From the NCBI GenBank assembly GCA_965223295.1, contig CBDCWC010000003.1, forward strand, positions 1,472,001-1,536,000: 64,000 bases of DNA, given 5' to 3'. Positions 39,297 to 50,458 of the stretch are shown in pieces. This DNA is from Nitrospirales bacterium. GTDB taxonomy: Bacteria > Nitrospirota > Nitrospiria > Nitrospirales > UBA8639. The notes beneath the pieces were generated by a model. It did not search any database. It was given only the letters and a program-made list of their open reading frames with translations, and was not told the DNA's origin. Position 1 is the stretch's first letter. Every line of letters begins with the position of its first letter. The position numbers were made by a program, and so were the translations under genes.

Positions 39297-41375
39297 TCAG
39301 GGTTCTTGAAAGGAAATCGCTAATGTCGGGCCATTCTCTTTGTCTTGTGTTTCATTAAAACTGGCACTCGCCATAAATTGATGACATTTATCCAGAACGT
39401 TTTCTTCGGATAATTTAAAACGGCAGCCGATGACAAATTCTCTTTCCACACGTTCACCGTCTACTGAAAGAAGTACTTCTGCTTTCCCTGCTATGACGTT
39501 TTGGATTTCTTGGTAACTATTGTTGGTCACAATTTTGGCGGAAAAGTCTCCAGACCGGCTTGTGAGGTCGTCCCACTGAGCTTTGTATTCATCGGAACTA
39601 AATGTGCTTGGTGAGAAAAACTTTTGAATGCGATAATGCGCATTCACGCCTTTCTGTGGAAAGAATTCAAACAATAAAAGTTCTTCCTCAAGTAGCTGTT
39701 TATTGGAATACCCGAAATGAAAATGAAGACTGGACTTTCTACTGATATCATTGCTCTGCAGGTCAAGACGAAAATCATTCATTTCAAGCTCTAGAGACTT
39801 ATCACGAAAATGTAGTCTGCCTTCAGCAAAAGCTACAGGAAGATATTTTTTACCCAGGGAAAAATATTCTAACCAATCCGTGATCTCTCCTTCATACCCG
39901 ACGACCACTTCGTTTAAATCCTCTTTCATCAGGTGCAAATAGCCTGTTGTGAGATGCCAGGCTTCTTTGATATCAACATTGCATATAACCCCTTTGGGGT
40001 AGGCCAGACAATGGCTGTATGCAAAACGATCCTTATGCGGCGAGTACCATAACGAAGAAATCCATTTCCTTCCCAGCTTATCTTCCCAAATTTCTGTCGT
40101 TTCTGGCTCCCCCAGACTGACGAGCCGAATCTTTTCAACTCCAACAGTGCGTGTCAGGTGTATCCCTTTCAACAAATTATCCATCACTAGCTTTGGACTT
40201 AAGAGAAAATCCGTCATTGCAACATTTGTGGGTTTTTCAATTATCGCATGGAGAGTGGAAAGATCACTTTTGCTAACCGTGACCTTTTGGTTTTCAGATA
40301 TAGCAACGGATTGATTGGCATAGCTGTTCAACGTCCATAAATTAAAATTCGCGTCAGACTTTAAAACTCCAAATTGCCTAATACTTCTTTGGTTTCTCAG
40401 GTATGCCCGAAACCTTTTTCCTTTCGGAAAGTAGTCAGCCTCGTATTTCTCGTCGACTCCTTCCGCAATTTTTTCGTAAAACGCATGTAAGGATTTTTGT
40501 GCCTTGGTTGATAATATTTGGATATTTTCCGGCAAGGCCATTTTAGCGGACCAATCTTCGGAATAGAGATTTTGTGGAGCATTTAAACTCATTGAGACAT
40601 TTCTGATAGAGAATTCTGCCTGATCTTGTAGATTTTCCTTTTCTGTTATTGGGACGGCGACATTATAGTTTTCACTCGAATTTTTCTGGATAATTAAGCC
40701 CACCACGTTACCTGTCACATTGAGAAGCGGGCCTCCGCTATTACCCGGTGAGGCCGGAGAAGTAAATCGTATATCTTTCCACATTCCATACTCTGGTTCA
40801 GGTGTAAAAGAAGCCACTTGACCAGCTCGAAACGAGATACCTTCCCCCTGAGCGTTCCCAACCGAAAAAACCGTGTCTCCTATTTCGACGTCTCCTGAAA
40901 CCTTCAGCGGTAAGATCTGTTCTGGATAGGTCTCAAGTTCAAAAATAACCATATCGCGAGGTGAAGAGAGTTTGTTGATTTGCCCAATTTTATGGGTATG
41001 GCCATTAGAATCTCGGATATGAAAATCTTTTAAAAGAGAAAAGTATTCAAGGTTGAGCACATGAGCGGCGGTCATTAATTCCTTGTCATTGAGAAAAAAA
41101 GCTGTTCCAATACTAAAATATTGTTCATTTCGTTCTTTATAGCGTAGTTTATGGAACGGCAGTTCCTTCGCGTATTGTATTTTTGTACTTTCCACCTTAG
41201 GCACGACAACTTCCACAACGCTAAATCGCAAACTTTTAATAATTTTCTTGTCTAGAAATGTCATATTATTGTTAGCGTCAACAATTGACGGATCCCATAA
41301 AACAATCCATGCCCACATGATTGATACGATCAGTCGAATAACAAAAGAATGGTGAGGTTGTAGATCAATACGCAT
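39297..41375 (-). CDS. exported trypsin-like serine protease with large unknown C-terminal region
   Basis: GTAF, TAAHV, D, SPGNSGGPL triad motifs. Confidence 0.85.
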   Translation of the reverse strand: MRIDLQPHHSFVIRLIVSIMWAWIVLWDPSIVDANNNMTFLDKKIIKSLRFSVVEVVVPKVESTKIQYAKELPFHKLRYKERNEQYFSIGTAFFLNDKELMTAAHVLNLEYFSLLKDFHIRDSNGHTHKIGQINKLSSPRDMVIFELETYPEQILPLKVSGDVEIGDTVFSVGNAQGEGISFRAGQVASFTPEPEYGMWKDIRFTSPASPGNSGGPLLNVTGNVVGLIIQKNSSENYNVAVPITEKENLQDQAEFSIRNVSMSLNAPQNLYSEDWSAKMALPENIQILSTKAQKSLHAFYEKIAEGVDEKYEADYFPKGKRFRAYLRNQRSIRQFGVLKSDANFNLWTLNSYANQSVAISENQKVTVSKSDLSTLHAIIEKPTNVAMTDFLLSPKLVMDNLLKGIHLTRTVGVEKIRLVSLGEPETTEIWEDKLGRKWISSLWYSPHKDRFAYSHCLAYPKGVICNVDIKEAWHLTTGYLHLMKEDLNEVVVGYEGEITDWLEYFSLGKKYLPVAFAEGRLHFRDKSLELEMNDFRLDLQSNDISRKSSLHFHFGYSNKQLLEEELLLFEFFPQKGVNAHYRIQKFFSPSTFSSDEYKAQWDDLTSRSGDFSAKIVTNNSYQEIQNVIAGKAEVLLSVDGERVEREFVIGCRFKLSEENVLDKCHQFMASASFNETQDKENGPTLAISFQEP

Positions 41376-41471
41376 ATGAGGAATTGACAGACGAATGTCC
41401 CGATACTTTCTTCCTAGTTATTCATCGGTAATATCGAGCCTGACCTAAGCGGGGAAGCTAAGAGCTAGACA

Positions 41472-41685
41472 GGGGCTATTGAAAAAATCCGCCAGCAGCG
41501 TTCTCGCCATTGTTCCGTGCTCACGTAGGACCAGTACGCTCCGTGCGCGAAAATGGCTGTGGTCTTCCCTTCGAGAAGCCTCAGGACAAGACAGGATGCA
41601 CTTTTTGAACCGCCCCGAAGCTGTTTATATCCGATGTGATCATGAGCAAATTTGCCTCTGGTGTTTTGTACTATTCAACACTTCC
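41472..41685 (+). mobile_element. MITE family B, copy 3
   Basis: TIRs GGGGCTATTGAAAAA / CTATTCAACACTTCC; 5-bp TSD AGACA. Confidence 0.9.
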
Positions 41686-41944
41686 AGACATCCAAATGTG
41701 GCCATTCTTGAAACGGATGTTGGAAGAATTGTGAGTTCTTGGATGAAAATGAGGAATGTGGGAACAAAGGAAGGTGGATATTTTTGCTTGCGGTAATTTC
41801 TAGTCCCTCGCAGATAAAATATGGCGGTAACACAAGTAACGAAGGGACAAAAGAGCGCTTTTCACGCAAAAATGTATAGTCTTTTCAATGGGTTGATGGT
41901 GATTTCCCATAATTTTCAAATTCTGTAAAGTTGTCTTTCTCGCC

Positions 41945-42193
41945 CTAGACCTTCTTTTCACGCAGGAAATGCTTCGCGCAGTCCTGGCTACAGAAATAGT
42001 GCCGCTGGCCGCTCACTTCTTCGACAATAGCGGTTCCGGCAGCCACATAGGTCTTGCACACTGGATCTTGAATCATCACATCCTTCCCTGGTGTTGCATC
42101 CTCCGGCTTGGTTTCTATCCAGGCACGGGCTGCACGCCGAACCATATAAAACAAAATAATCAGAAGAATTAATATGATCATAATTTTATACAT
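41945..42193 (-). CDS. YHS/TRASH domain membrane-anchored protein
   Basis: N-terminal TM; QDPVCKTYV...YFCSQDC. Confidence 0.85.
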   Translation of the reverse strand: MYKIMIILILLIILFYMVRRAARAWIETKPEDATPGKDVMIQDPVCKTYVAAGTAIVEEVSGQRHYFCSQDCAKHFLREKKV

Positions 42194-42447
42194 GCAGCTG
42201 CCCCACAATAGATTCGTATTCGAACGGCCAATAATTTTGTACCACTTTTCATTAGCGGATTCCAATGAAAGTCGCCGTGTGCCTCGTCTTTCCTCAAGGA
42301 TGTGCTTGTTCCCAAAGGCAATTCGGTTGCTGGCCGTTTTCCCCTCCTGCTAGGATTCTCCTACTACTGATCTCCATGTGTTGACAGAGGAATTTGCACC
42401 TCTTTTCAGCATGTCACACAGACTTTTAGCCCTGCGAGGCAGAAAAC

Positions 42448-42723
42448 ATGGTCACAATAACGTTAATGGGGGATTTGCAAACCAGCGATGGTGAACGCGC
42501 ATTAGGATGCGAAGTTCAAGATTCGATCACTGTGAAACAACTGATCCGCAAGCAAGGCAAACCTTTACGAGAGATTTTTCAGTTGTTCAAGGAAAAAAAG
42601 GTTATGGTCACTGTCAACAAACGCATTGCCAGTGAAACCACAAATATTTACGACGGCGATGAAGTCAGCCTTGTCGCCCACAATGGCATGGGTCGAAGCG
42701 GACTCACTCCGAGAATATACTGA
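42448..42723 (+). CDS. MoaD/ThiS-family ubiquitin-like protein
   Basis: beta-grasp pattern, VTVN...IYDGDEVSL; no terminal GG. Confidence 0.7.
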   Translation: MVTITLMGDLQTSDGERALGCEVQDSITVKQLIRKQGKPLREIFQLFKEKKVMVTVNKRIASETTNIYDGDEVSLVAHNGMGRSGLTPRIY

Positions 42724-42725
42724 AA

Positions 42726-42915
42726 GGGACTGTTGAAAAAAGCTGCCAGCGGCGAGCTCGCCAGTTTCCCGTGCTCAGGTACGGTGCGTGCGTTTCGTGC
42801 GCGAAAAGGGCTGCGGCCTTGCTGGTCGGACTTGTTTGAACAGTCCCGTCGGATTGAAGGCGCAACCCACCTTAGAGCAGGTTCGGGACCTGATATTGAA
42901 TTATTCAACAGTGCC
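42726..42915 (+). mobile_element. MITE family B, copy 4
   Basis: GGGACTGTTGAAAAAA / TTATTCAACAGTGCC; flanks TGAAA/TGAAG (4 of 5 match). Confidence 0.88.
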
Positions 42916-43050
42916 TGAAGGACTAGGGGAAGGGAGTTTTCACAAAAGCAGGACCAGATAAGCTGGCCCTGCTTGTTCACTGTCTTGTACTGAGGATCTG
43001 AATGGGAATGATACCGCTTACGGCACAGACCACAAACGACGATCGCCCTG

Positions 43051-43341
43051 TTATTTTTTGACGCCCAAAATCGCGTCTTTTGCGGCCTTTGCAACCCTAA
43101 ACTTAACGACCTTTTTCGCTGGAATTTTAATGGCTGCACCCGTTTGTGGGTTGCGACCCATACGAGCTTTCCGGTGTGCCAGGACGAGCTTCCCAATTCC
43201 TGGAACCACAAAAGCGTTCTTGGCTTCTTTGTAGGCCAAGGCCGAAAAATCATCAAGAATTTGCGTGGCGGTTTTCTTGGTGACATCCGCCTTTTTGGCC
43301 AGGTGATCGGCAATCTGCGACTTCGTCATGGCTTTTCCCAT
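43051..43341 (-). CDS. hup: HU family DNA-binding protein
   Basis: MTKSQI, PGIGK, RKARMGRNPQTG..IKIPAK; GGAGGAGG RBS. Confidence 0.95.
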   Translation of the reverse strand: MGKAMTKSQIADHLAKKADVTKKTATQILDDFSALAYKEAKNAFVVPGIGKLVLAHRKARMGRNPQTGAAIKIPAKKVVKFRVAKAAKDAILGVKK

Positions 43342-43673
43342 ACGGACCTCCTCCTCACATTAGAAATGATTAGTAACACAGCCCATTTGGTTTGTCAGAT
43401 TTTCAAGGAAGGGACGCCTTGTTTTGACCTTCTGCTAAGGTACCACAGGAACAAGTGTTCCTCTTTCAACAACGGCGCCAGAGTCTACCGAATGAGGCAA
43501 ATACTGTCAACAAAAAAACAAGCCCAGCGCGAGGAAAATCAATTTAATGATGCAGATCACAGAAATTCTACCTTGCTGCCCTAGCTTTTCCCCAGGTAAA
43601 GTGATGAGAAAAATTTTTTTAATACGATCATTATTTCCTTTCTAATTTTACCTGAGCGAGTGAGGCACGAACT

Positions 43674-44270
43674 ATGGGAAAAGAATTGCCAGTTTTTCCA
43701 TCACCCCAGCAATCTGAGACCGAAGAAAGAGAAGAACTTCTTTATTCTCGCGTTTTTTGTGTTCGAGAAGACTGCCCACCCTTACGCCTACTGTTAGATT
43801 TTCTGAAGTCTAAAAACCAAATCCCTCTGATTCCGAAGATGGAACAGGAAGCCTTAGAAGATTGGGACTGGGTTCACATATCCTTGGGATATCACAGAGA
43901 GCGAAAACCTATTCGTCTTTTTTGTATCAGGGACCGTGGCACATATAAAGATGTTTTTGAGACTGAACAGACAGGATTTACGAATCGACTCTCTGCCTTT
44001 GACGATGTTGAAGCGCAAATTGCTCGAGAGTGCCTTGCCAAATCTCGTTTTATTGCTACGACCCAAATGGTGAAAGACGATATTTCTGACGATGGATATG
44101 ATTTTAATGGCTGGATCTTGGAATTTTTCCAGGATAATTGCAATGGAATTGTGCAAATTGATGGACAGGGGTTTTATTCTCCCAAAGGGGAACTGGTCGT
44201 TGATATGGAAGAAGGGGTTGAATCGGGTGAGGATATTGGTCCAACGCCCAAAACCGAGGTAGAGTCGTAG
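43674..44270 (+). CDS. hypothetical acidic protein
   Basis: 198-aa ORF with GAGG RBS; no family recognised. Confidence 0.75.
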   Translation: MGKELPVFPSPQQSETEEREELLYSRVFCVREDCPPLRLLLDFLKSKNQIPLIPKMEQEALEDWDWVHISLGYHRERKPIRLFCIRDRGTYKDVFETEQTGFTNRLSAFDDVEAQIARECLAKSRFIATTQMVKDDISDDGYDFNGWILEFFQDNCNGIVQIDGQGFYSPKGELVVDMEEGVESGEDIGPTPKTEVES

Positions 44271-44322
44271 AATGTGTTTTTTTAGGTTCTCTCGCAACGT
44301 GGTACCAGTTCTTCACTGTTGT

Positions 44323-45627
44323 TCAGAGGCTCAGAGCATCAATCATGGCTTGGCCATAGGTTTGTTGTGGCACGGTCGGAAGTCCATTTCGGTACCCACA
44401 TCCATCTTTTAACACTTCGACGAGGGCTCCCTTATCTAAATGAGATGGCTCATCAATGACATCTACATCTTTCTGACACACCAAAAGATCTGCCCGACGT
44501 CCTTCCACAAGCATTCCCGTATCCATAAGCCCCAACTGCTCCGCGGCCAACCCTGTTGCCCCGAACCAAGCGGCTAAAGGAGGCATGCCTTCCTGAATTA
44601 AGGCCACTAATTCCATATAATTTCGCCCGTGCATATCCGGCAGAACCGGATCAGTTCCGGCCAATAATTTCAGGCCACTAGTATGCGCCGTTTTGACGGC
44701 TCGGGCATGACTTTCCGCCACGGTTTGAATCTTCGAGGTAATAAATTCGTTAAACTCGCCTGATTGCAACAGTCGCTGTCCAACCCAGGCTGTTGGCGTG
44801 ACTCTGCAGTCTTTGGCATAGGCTAATTCGGCTAATTCCTCATCCATAAACGAAATGTGTTGAATGTCCTTGACGCCGGATTCAATGGCTAATCGAATGC
44901 CGGCACGACTATGCGCATGTGCGGCCACGTACATGCCCCGCCCCGCCGCTTCGTCGCAAATGGCGTTCATCTCTTCCAACGTAAAATCACGATGTTCTAA
45001 ATGGTCGGTGGGAGATACCACACCCGGGCTGGCACAAATTTTCACGAGATCTCCACCACAGGCTGCAATTTCTCTGACGCGCTTTCGGCATTCCCATGGT
45101 CCATCCACAATACTGGATGGGCGTCCTGGACCCGCGGGCCAGAGACGAGACAGCTCTCCACAACAACGGTCAGGGCCTCGAAAGTCAGCATGTCCTCCTG
45201 TAGTGGACAGCATGCAAATGGCCAGCTTCAATCGAGGCCCAAGGAGCATGCCTTGGTTTACCAATCGCTTAAGAACTTGCGTGGCCCCTCCGACATCCCT
45301 GAGCGTTGTCACTCCACCATGGGCCAACGTTTTGTAAAGAATGCGTTCTGCCCAAAATGGCGCCTCGGGAGAATTCATGCGATCCAGGTTTTCATGACCA
45401 ACGCCCCATAAGGTCACGTGGCCATGGCAATCAATCAAGCCCGGGGTGACTGTGTAGGCAGAACAATCAACCTGTTGAACCTCAGAGCCTTGAGGGTGGG
45501 TGGATTTGTGAGGATGGATTGCCGTAACAATCCCTTGATCAATCCAAATATCCATACGTTCGTGTATGGCTTCAGTCGTGTCCGATGTTCCGTCATACAA
45601 CTTGTGAATATTCGATAAAATAATCAT
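44323..45627 (-). CDS. metal-dependent amidohydrolase (Xaa-Pro dipeptidase-like)
   Basis: PGLIDCHGH, GVTTLRDVGG, TGGHAD, AAHAH, AGTD. Confidence 0.9.
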   Translation of the reverse strand: MIILSNIHKLYDGTSDTTEAIHERMDIWIDQGIVTAIHPHKSTHPQGSEVQQVDCSAYTVTPGLIDCHGHVTLWGVGHENLDRMNSPEAPFWAERILYKTLAHGGVTTLRDVGGATQVLKRLVNQGMLLGPRLKLAICMLSTTGGHADFRGPDRCCGELSRLWPAGPGRPSSIVDGPWECRKRVREIAACGGDLVKICASPGVVSPTDHLEHRDFTLEEMNAICDEAAGRGMYVAAHAHSRAGIRLAIESGVKDIQHISFMDEELAELAYAKDCRVTPTAWVGQRLLQSGEFNEFITSKIQTVAESHARAVKTAHTSGLKLLAGTDPVLPDMHGRNYMELVALIQEGMPPLAAWFGATGLAAEQLGLMDTGMLVEGRRADLLVCQKDVDVIDEPSHLDKGALVEVLKDGCGYRNGLPTVPQQTYGQAMIDALSL

Positions 45628-46001
45628 GATAGTCCTTATCAGGCCTCAATGATCGTGTTGAGTATGGTAAGAGAAACTTATCAGGACTGGAGATGAAAAT
45701 CATCAAAATGTCTAGTTTTAATCAAGAGTTTGAATATCTTCAAAAGGCTTGTTCTACGGGCCTAAGAGATTTTGCAGAACTCCTAGAATCATGCTAGTGT
45801 GAAGAGGGTGAATTCCACGATTCGTAGGTGATTGTTGAACAGCCTAAATTGGTTTCGATTTTACCCCTCAGATTCTACAACAAACTACAGTGTGGCCAGT
45901 AGCATTTAGGGTGCCCGACATCTTTTTCCACACATTTACATCGATCTTTTTTTTGCAGGAATCTCATTGCCCTCTGTTTTCAGGTGAGAAGATAGTCAAA
46001 C

Positions 46002-48854
46002 ATGACCACGTTTGCTGATCGTCATATTGGTCCATCCGATGGTCCAATTCAAGAAATGCTAGGTACGTTAGGGCTGCCTTCGTTAGATGCCCTTGTCCAG
46101 GCCAGTGTGCCTGAGGGGATCCGCATCACTCATCCCTTGAATCTTCCGTCCGCTCAATCTGAGGAAGAGATGTTGACGCAGTTGCGTCGCATGAGTGCGA
46201 AGAACCAGCTCTTCCGATCTTTCATCGGGATGGGATATTACGATTGTCTCACTCCGCCTGTCATTGCCAGGAATATTCTGGAAAACCCTGCCTGGTATAC
46301 GCAATACACGCCTTACCAAGCAGAAATTGCTCAAGGTCGGTTGGAAGCCTTACTTAACTTCCAAACCATGGTGGCTGATCTAACGGGTCTTCCTTTAGCC
46401 AATGCCTCTTTGTTAGACGAGGCCACTGCGGCAGCAGAAGCCATGAGCATGTGCCGGGCTATCAGCAAAGTTCAGGGACAAACATTTTTTGTAGCTGAAG
46501 ACTGTCACCCGCAGACGCTGGCGGTGTTGCTGACGAGAGCGCAACCACTAAATATCGACATTCAAGTCGGCGATCCAGATATTCTGGACTTCAGACCAGA
46601 CGTCATTTTCGGACTATTCCTTTCCTATCCATCAACCAATGGCTCCCTACGATCCTACAAGGGAATTATAGAAAAAGCTCACGAAGCCGGAGCCCGAGTT
46701 GTTGTCAGTACCGATCTCTTGGCTCTCACCTTGGTGGTGCCTCCGGGGGAATGGGGTGCTGATATTGCGATCGGGTCATCACAGCGGTTTGGCGTCCCCA
46801 TGGGCTATGGTGGGCCTCATGCCGCGTTCATGTCTGTACAAGAACAATTTAAACGCCAGATTCCTGGGAGAGTAGTCGGAGTTTCAAAAGATACAGAAGG
46901 ACGGAAAGCCTATCGACTGGCCTTGCAGACACGCGAACAACATATTCGCCGAGACCGAGCCACGAGCAACATTTGTACGGCTCAGGTCCTACTTGCCAAT
47001 ATGGCCGGGATGTATGCCGTCTATCATGGTCCTGAAGGATTAAAAGCGATGGCTACACGTATTCACCATCTTACCAATGCAGCGGCTGAAGGCCTGCGTC
47101 GTCTGAGATGCGAAGTGTCACCACAAGCTTTCTTCGATACCATTCGTGTGAAAAGTTCCTTGCTTCCTGCTGACACAATCGAACACAACACCCAACAGGC
47201 TCACATCAATCTTCGACGATATGAGGATGATTCGTTTGGGATTTCTTTGGATGAAACCGCAACCATTCAAGATGTGCGCGATATTCTCACCGTGTTCTCA
47301 AGCGCTGAATTATTACCCTGTTCGGCGGATCAATTACATGAGAAGCACAGTAGTGCGATTCCAACCGAACTGCAGCGGCAATCCCCCTATCTGACTCATT
47401 CAGTATTTCATGAGTATCATTCTGAACATGAGCTTCTTCGCTATATGCATCGGTTGCAATCCAAAGATCTTTCGCTGGTTCATTCGATGATTCCTTTAGG
47501 GTCTTGTACGATGAAACTGAATGCGACAGCCGAAATGATTCCGGTGACTTGGCCCGAGTTCAGTCGGCTACATCCGTTTGTCCCTGCTGAACAAGCCAAA
47601 GGGTACCATCAGTTGATCCAGCAACTGGAAACCTGGTTAGCGGAAATTTCTGGGTTTGCTGCTGTGTCCTTGCAACCCAATGCTGGTTCACAAGGCGAAT
47701 ATGCGGGCTTAATGGTCATTCGAGCCTATCACGAACAACGGGGCCACATGCAAAGAAATGTGTGCCTCATCCCAGTTTCGGCCCATGGCACCAATCCAGC
47801 CAGCGCCGTCATTGCAGGAATGCAGGTGGTGCCTGTGGATTGTGATCTCCAAGGCAACATCGATTTGCAGGATTTACAGGGCAAGTGTGAGAAATATCAG
47901 GAGAGTCTTGGCGCCTTAATGGTGACCTATCCATCCACTCATGGCGTGTTCGAGGAAACCATTCGTGACGTTTGCAAAATTGTGCATGCTCACGGCGGTC
48001 AGGTGTATATGGATGGCGCGAATATGAATGCGATGGTCGGGCTGGTTCAACCAGGCCAAGTTGGTGCTGATGTGTGCCATCTTAATCTTCATAAAACCTT
48101 TTGTATCCCCCACGGTGGGGGGGGGCCAGGAATGGGACCCATTGGCGTGGCTGAACATCTCAAGCCGTTTTTGCCTAATCATCCTTTAGTTTCAACTGGG
48201 GGCCCCCAAAGCTTTGGCGCTATTGCCGCCGCACCTTTCGGAAGCCCGAATATCCTGCCAATTTCGTGGGCATTTATCAGTCTGATGGGTGGCGATGGTC
48301 TTATCAAAGCCACACAAGTTGCCATTTTGAATGCGAACTATATGGCCAAACGGCTCCATAAATATTTCTCCGTGCTGTTTACGGGAAAGAATGGTATGGC
48401 GGCACACGAGTTTATCCTTGATCTTCGTCCCTTTAAAAAATCCGCTGGCGTTGAAGTCGAAGATGTGGCCAAACGCCTCATGGATTATGGCTTCCACGCT
48501 CCTACGATTTCGTGGCCGGTCCCTGGCACGATGATGGTCGAGCCCACTGAAAGCGAATCGAAAGCCGAATTAGATCGCTATTGCGACGCGCTTATTCACA
48601 TTCGTCAAGAAATTGCTGATATTGAAGAAGGCCGCTTGTCGCGAGAAGATAACCCTCTGAAACATGCCCCACATACCATCGAAGCGATTGCGCAATCGGA
48701 ATGGAATCATCCGTATTCACGAGAACAAGCCGCTTTCCCTGTACCGTGGTTAAGGGAACACAAATTTTGGCCGGCTGTCTCACGTATTGATAGTGCTTAT
48801 GGGGATCGAAACCTAGTTTGTACATGCCCTCCGATGGACGCCTATTCTTCTTAG
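46002..48854 (+). CDS. gcvP: glycine dehydrogenase (aminomethyl-transferring)
   Basis: [41 protein letters not shown]. Confidence 0.98.
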   Translation: MTTFADRHIGPSDGPIQEMLGTLGLPSLDALVQASVPEGIRITHPLNLPSAQSEEEMLTQLRRMSAKNQLFRSFIGMGYYDCLTPPVIARNILENPAWYTQYTPYQAEIAQGRLEALLNFQTMVADLTGLPLANASLLDEATAAAEAMSMCRAISKVQGQTFFVAEDCHPQTLAVLLTRAQPLNIDIQVGDPDILDFRPDVIFGLFLSYPSTNGSLRSYKGIIEKAHEAGARVVVSTDLLALTLVVPPGEWGADIAIGSSQRFGVPMGYGGPHAAFMSVQEQFKRQIPGRVVGVSKDTEGRKAYRLALQTREQHIRRDRATSNICTAQVLLANMAGMYAVYHGPEGLKAMATRIHHLTNAAAEGLRRLRCEVSPQAFFDTIRVKSSLLPADTIEHNTQQAHINLRRYEDDSFGISLDETATIQDVRDILTVFSSAELLPCSADQLHEKHSSAIPTELQRQSPYLTHSVFHEYHSEHELLRYMHRLQSKDLSLVHSMIPLGSCTMKLNATAEMIPVTWPEFSRLHPFVPAEQAKGYHQLIQQLETWLAEISGFAAVSLQPNAGSQGEYAGLMVIRAYHEQRGHMQRNVCLIPVSAHGTNPASAVIAGMQVVPVDCDLQGNIDLQDLQGKCEKYQESLGALMVTYPSTHGVFEETIRDVCKIVHAHGGQVYMDGANMNAMVGLVQPGQVGADVCHLNLHKTFCIPHGGGGPGMGPIGVAEHLKPFLPNHPLVSTGGPQSFGAIAAAPFGSPNILPISWAFISLMGGDGLIKATQVAILNANYMAKRLHKYFSVLFTGKNGMAAHEFILDLRPFKKSAGVEVEDVAKRLMDYGFHAPTISWPVPGTMMVEPTESESKAELDRYCDALIHIRQEIADIEEGRLSREDNPLKHAPHTIEAIAQSEWNHPYSREQAAFPVPWLREHKFWPAVSRIDSAYGDRNLVCTCPPMDAYSS

Positions 48855-48907
48855 GGTGTTCAGAGCCTCGTGAAAAATTTGAATAGTCTGTACTCATTTC
48901 TCTCATA

Positions 48908-49098
48908 GAGAGTATTGAACAATAAAGTTATCAAAGGCCATATTTTGCCATGAAGCCCTTGGCGATCAACAGCATCGGGTCGGTTCAAAAAAGTCCGTCC
49001 AACAAGGCCGCAGGCATTTTTGCGCGCGGAGCGTACTGGCACGACGTGAGCACAGAACAATGGCGAGAACGCTGTTGGCGGCTTTTTTCAAGAGACCC
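48908..49098 (-). mobile_element. MITE family B, copy 5
   Basis: same core (GCGCGGAGCGTACTGG...GGCGAGAACGCTG), ending TTTTCAAGAGACCC; no TSD seen. Confidence 0.85.
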
Positions 49099-49119
49099 AT
49101 GTAGAATGAGAATGATTCT

Positions 49120-50379
49120 ATGAAAGCTTCTAGCCCTCATCACTTACTCATTGGCATGCTCTTAGGCATTGTCTTGGGTATCCTCCTGGGCGGGTTTGTG
49201 CCTTCTATCGGGTTGAGCATCGCCTTTATTGGCGATTTGTTTTTGCAAGCTCTTTTTGCCCTGGTTGTCCCTTTGGTGATGAGTTCGATGATTGTGGGGA
49301 TTGCTAGCCTGGGAGATGTGCGGCAACTAGGATCGATTGGATTACGCACGATACTTTTCTTTATGACCACGACCGGCTTGGCTGTATTAATTGGTCTCAT
49401 CTTGGTCGTGACCATTCACCCAGGAACGCCGACAGATCAATCCACAGTGAAGACCTCTGACTCCCACATTTCAGAAATTTCTGAACGCATGGAAGATAGA
49501 CCGACCACGCTCAGTGATTTGTTTAAATCCATTCTCACGAGTTTAGTCCCCGAGAACTTGTTTGCGGCAATGGCCGAAACACAAATCTTGCCATTGATTG
49601 TGTTTGCCTTGGTGTTCGGCGGCGTCCTCACGACCATCGGTGAAAAAGGCGCGTTAGTGATCAAGGTTTTTGAAGGCATCAATGAAGCCATGATGGCCAT
49701 CGTGCATCTGCTCATGTGGATTGCCCCAGTGGGTATTGGGGCGTTGCTAGCCGGACGGTTAGGGGAAGCCGGCGGGTTTTCAGGTTTTTGGCCGCAACTA
49801 GCCAGTCTCGGAAGTTATGTGGGCACCGTGCTCTTAGCTCTTGTCATTCATGGGTTCGTGATCCTGCCAATAGCCTTACAATTTTTAGGCAAACAATCTG
49901 TTCCTGCCTATTTGAAAGCGATGACTACGCCACTCATGACCGCGTTCTCGACTAGCTCCAGTTCAGCGACGTTGCCACTCACGATGGAAAGTCTGATTGA
50001 AGAGGCCAAAATTTCACGGCGGGTCACCAGTTTTGTGATCCCGTTAGGAGCGACAATCAACATGAATGGCACAGCCCTCTATGAGGCGGTGGCTGCCATG
50101 TTCATTGCTCAAACCTATGGTATTGAAATGGGGTTGGGGGAAACCATAATTGTGCTGCTTACCGCGACGCTCTCAGCGGTTGGTGCTGCCGGTATTCCGG
50201 AGGCCGGACTCGTCACGATGGTCATCGTGCTCAAAGCCGTCGATCTTCCAATTGAGGGTATTTCGTTAATCTTAGTGGTGGATTGGTTTTTAGACCGCTG
50301 CCGCACCACGATCAATGTCTGGAGTGATGCCATCGGCGCTGCTGTGATTGACCGATGGGAATCTGGAGCTCAGACCTAA
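49120..50379 (+). CDS. dicarboxylate/amino acid:cation symporter (DAACS)
   Basis: AFSTSSSSATLP, PLGATINMNGTALY, DWFLDRCRT. Confidence 0.95.
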   Translation: MKASSPHHLLIGMLLGIVLGILLGGFVPSIGLSIAFIGDLFLQALFALVVPLVMSSMIVGIASLGDVRQLGSIGLRTILFFMTTTGLAVLIGLILVVTIHPGTPTDQSTVKTSDSHISEISERMEDRPTTLSDLFKSILTSLVPENLFAAMAETQILPLIVFALVFGGVLTTIGEKGALVIKVFEGINEAMMAIVHLLMWIAPVGIGALLAGRLGEAGGFSGFWPQLASLGSYVGTVLLALVIHGFVILPIALQFLGKQSVPAYLKAMTTPLMTAFSTSSSSATLPLTMESLIEEAKISRRVTSFVIPLGATINMNGTALYEAVAAMFIAQTYGIEMGLGETIIVLLTATLSAVGAAGIPEAGLVTMVIVLKAVDLPIEGISLILVVDWFLDRCRTTINVWSDAIGAAVIDRWESGAQT

Positions 50380-50458
50380 ATTAAAGTAGATCTTCGCTGG
50401 TCCTCCACAACGGTGGGGTAGATTATGCTCGGATACTCCATCAGCGTTGTCATTTATG

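Noticed and set aside
39056-41685. Composite transposon of two MITEs carrying the protease gene
   Set aside because: Each MITE has its own different TSD (TTCTT, AGACA), so they are independent insertions
42648-43584. Long alternative ORFs around the HU gene (221 aa minus, 146 aa plus) and other antisense ORFs within well-supported genes
   Set aside because: They are shadow frames of real genes or MITE sequence with no recognisable motifs
45780-46001. Glycine riboswitch upstream of gcvP
   Set aside because: Only a TTTCAGGT fragment is present; the GGAGA and CCGAAG aptamer elements were not found
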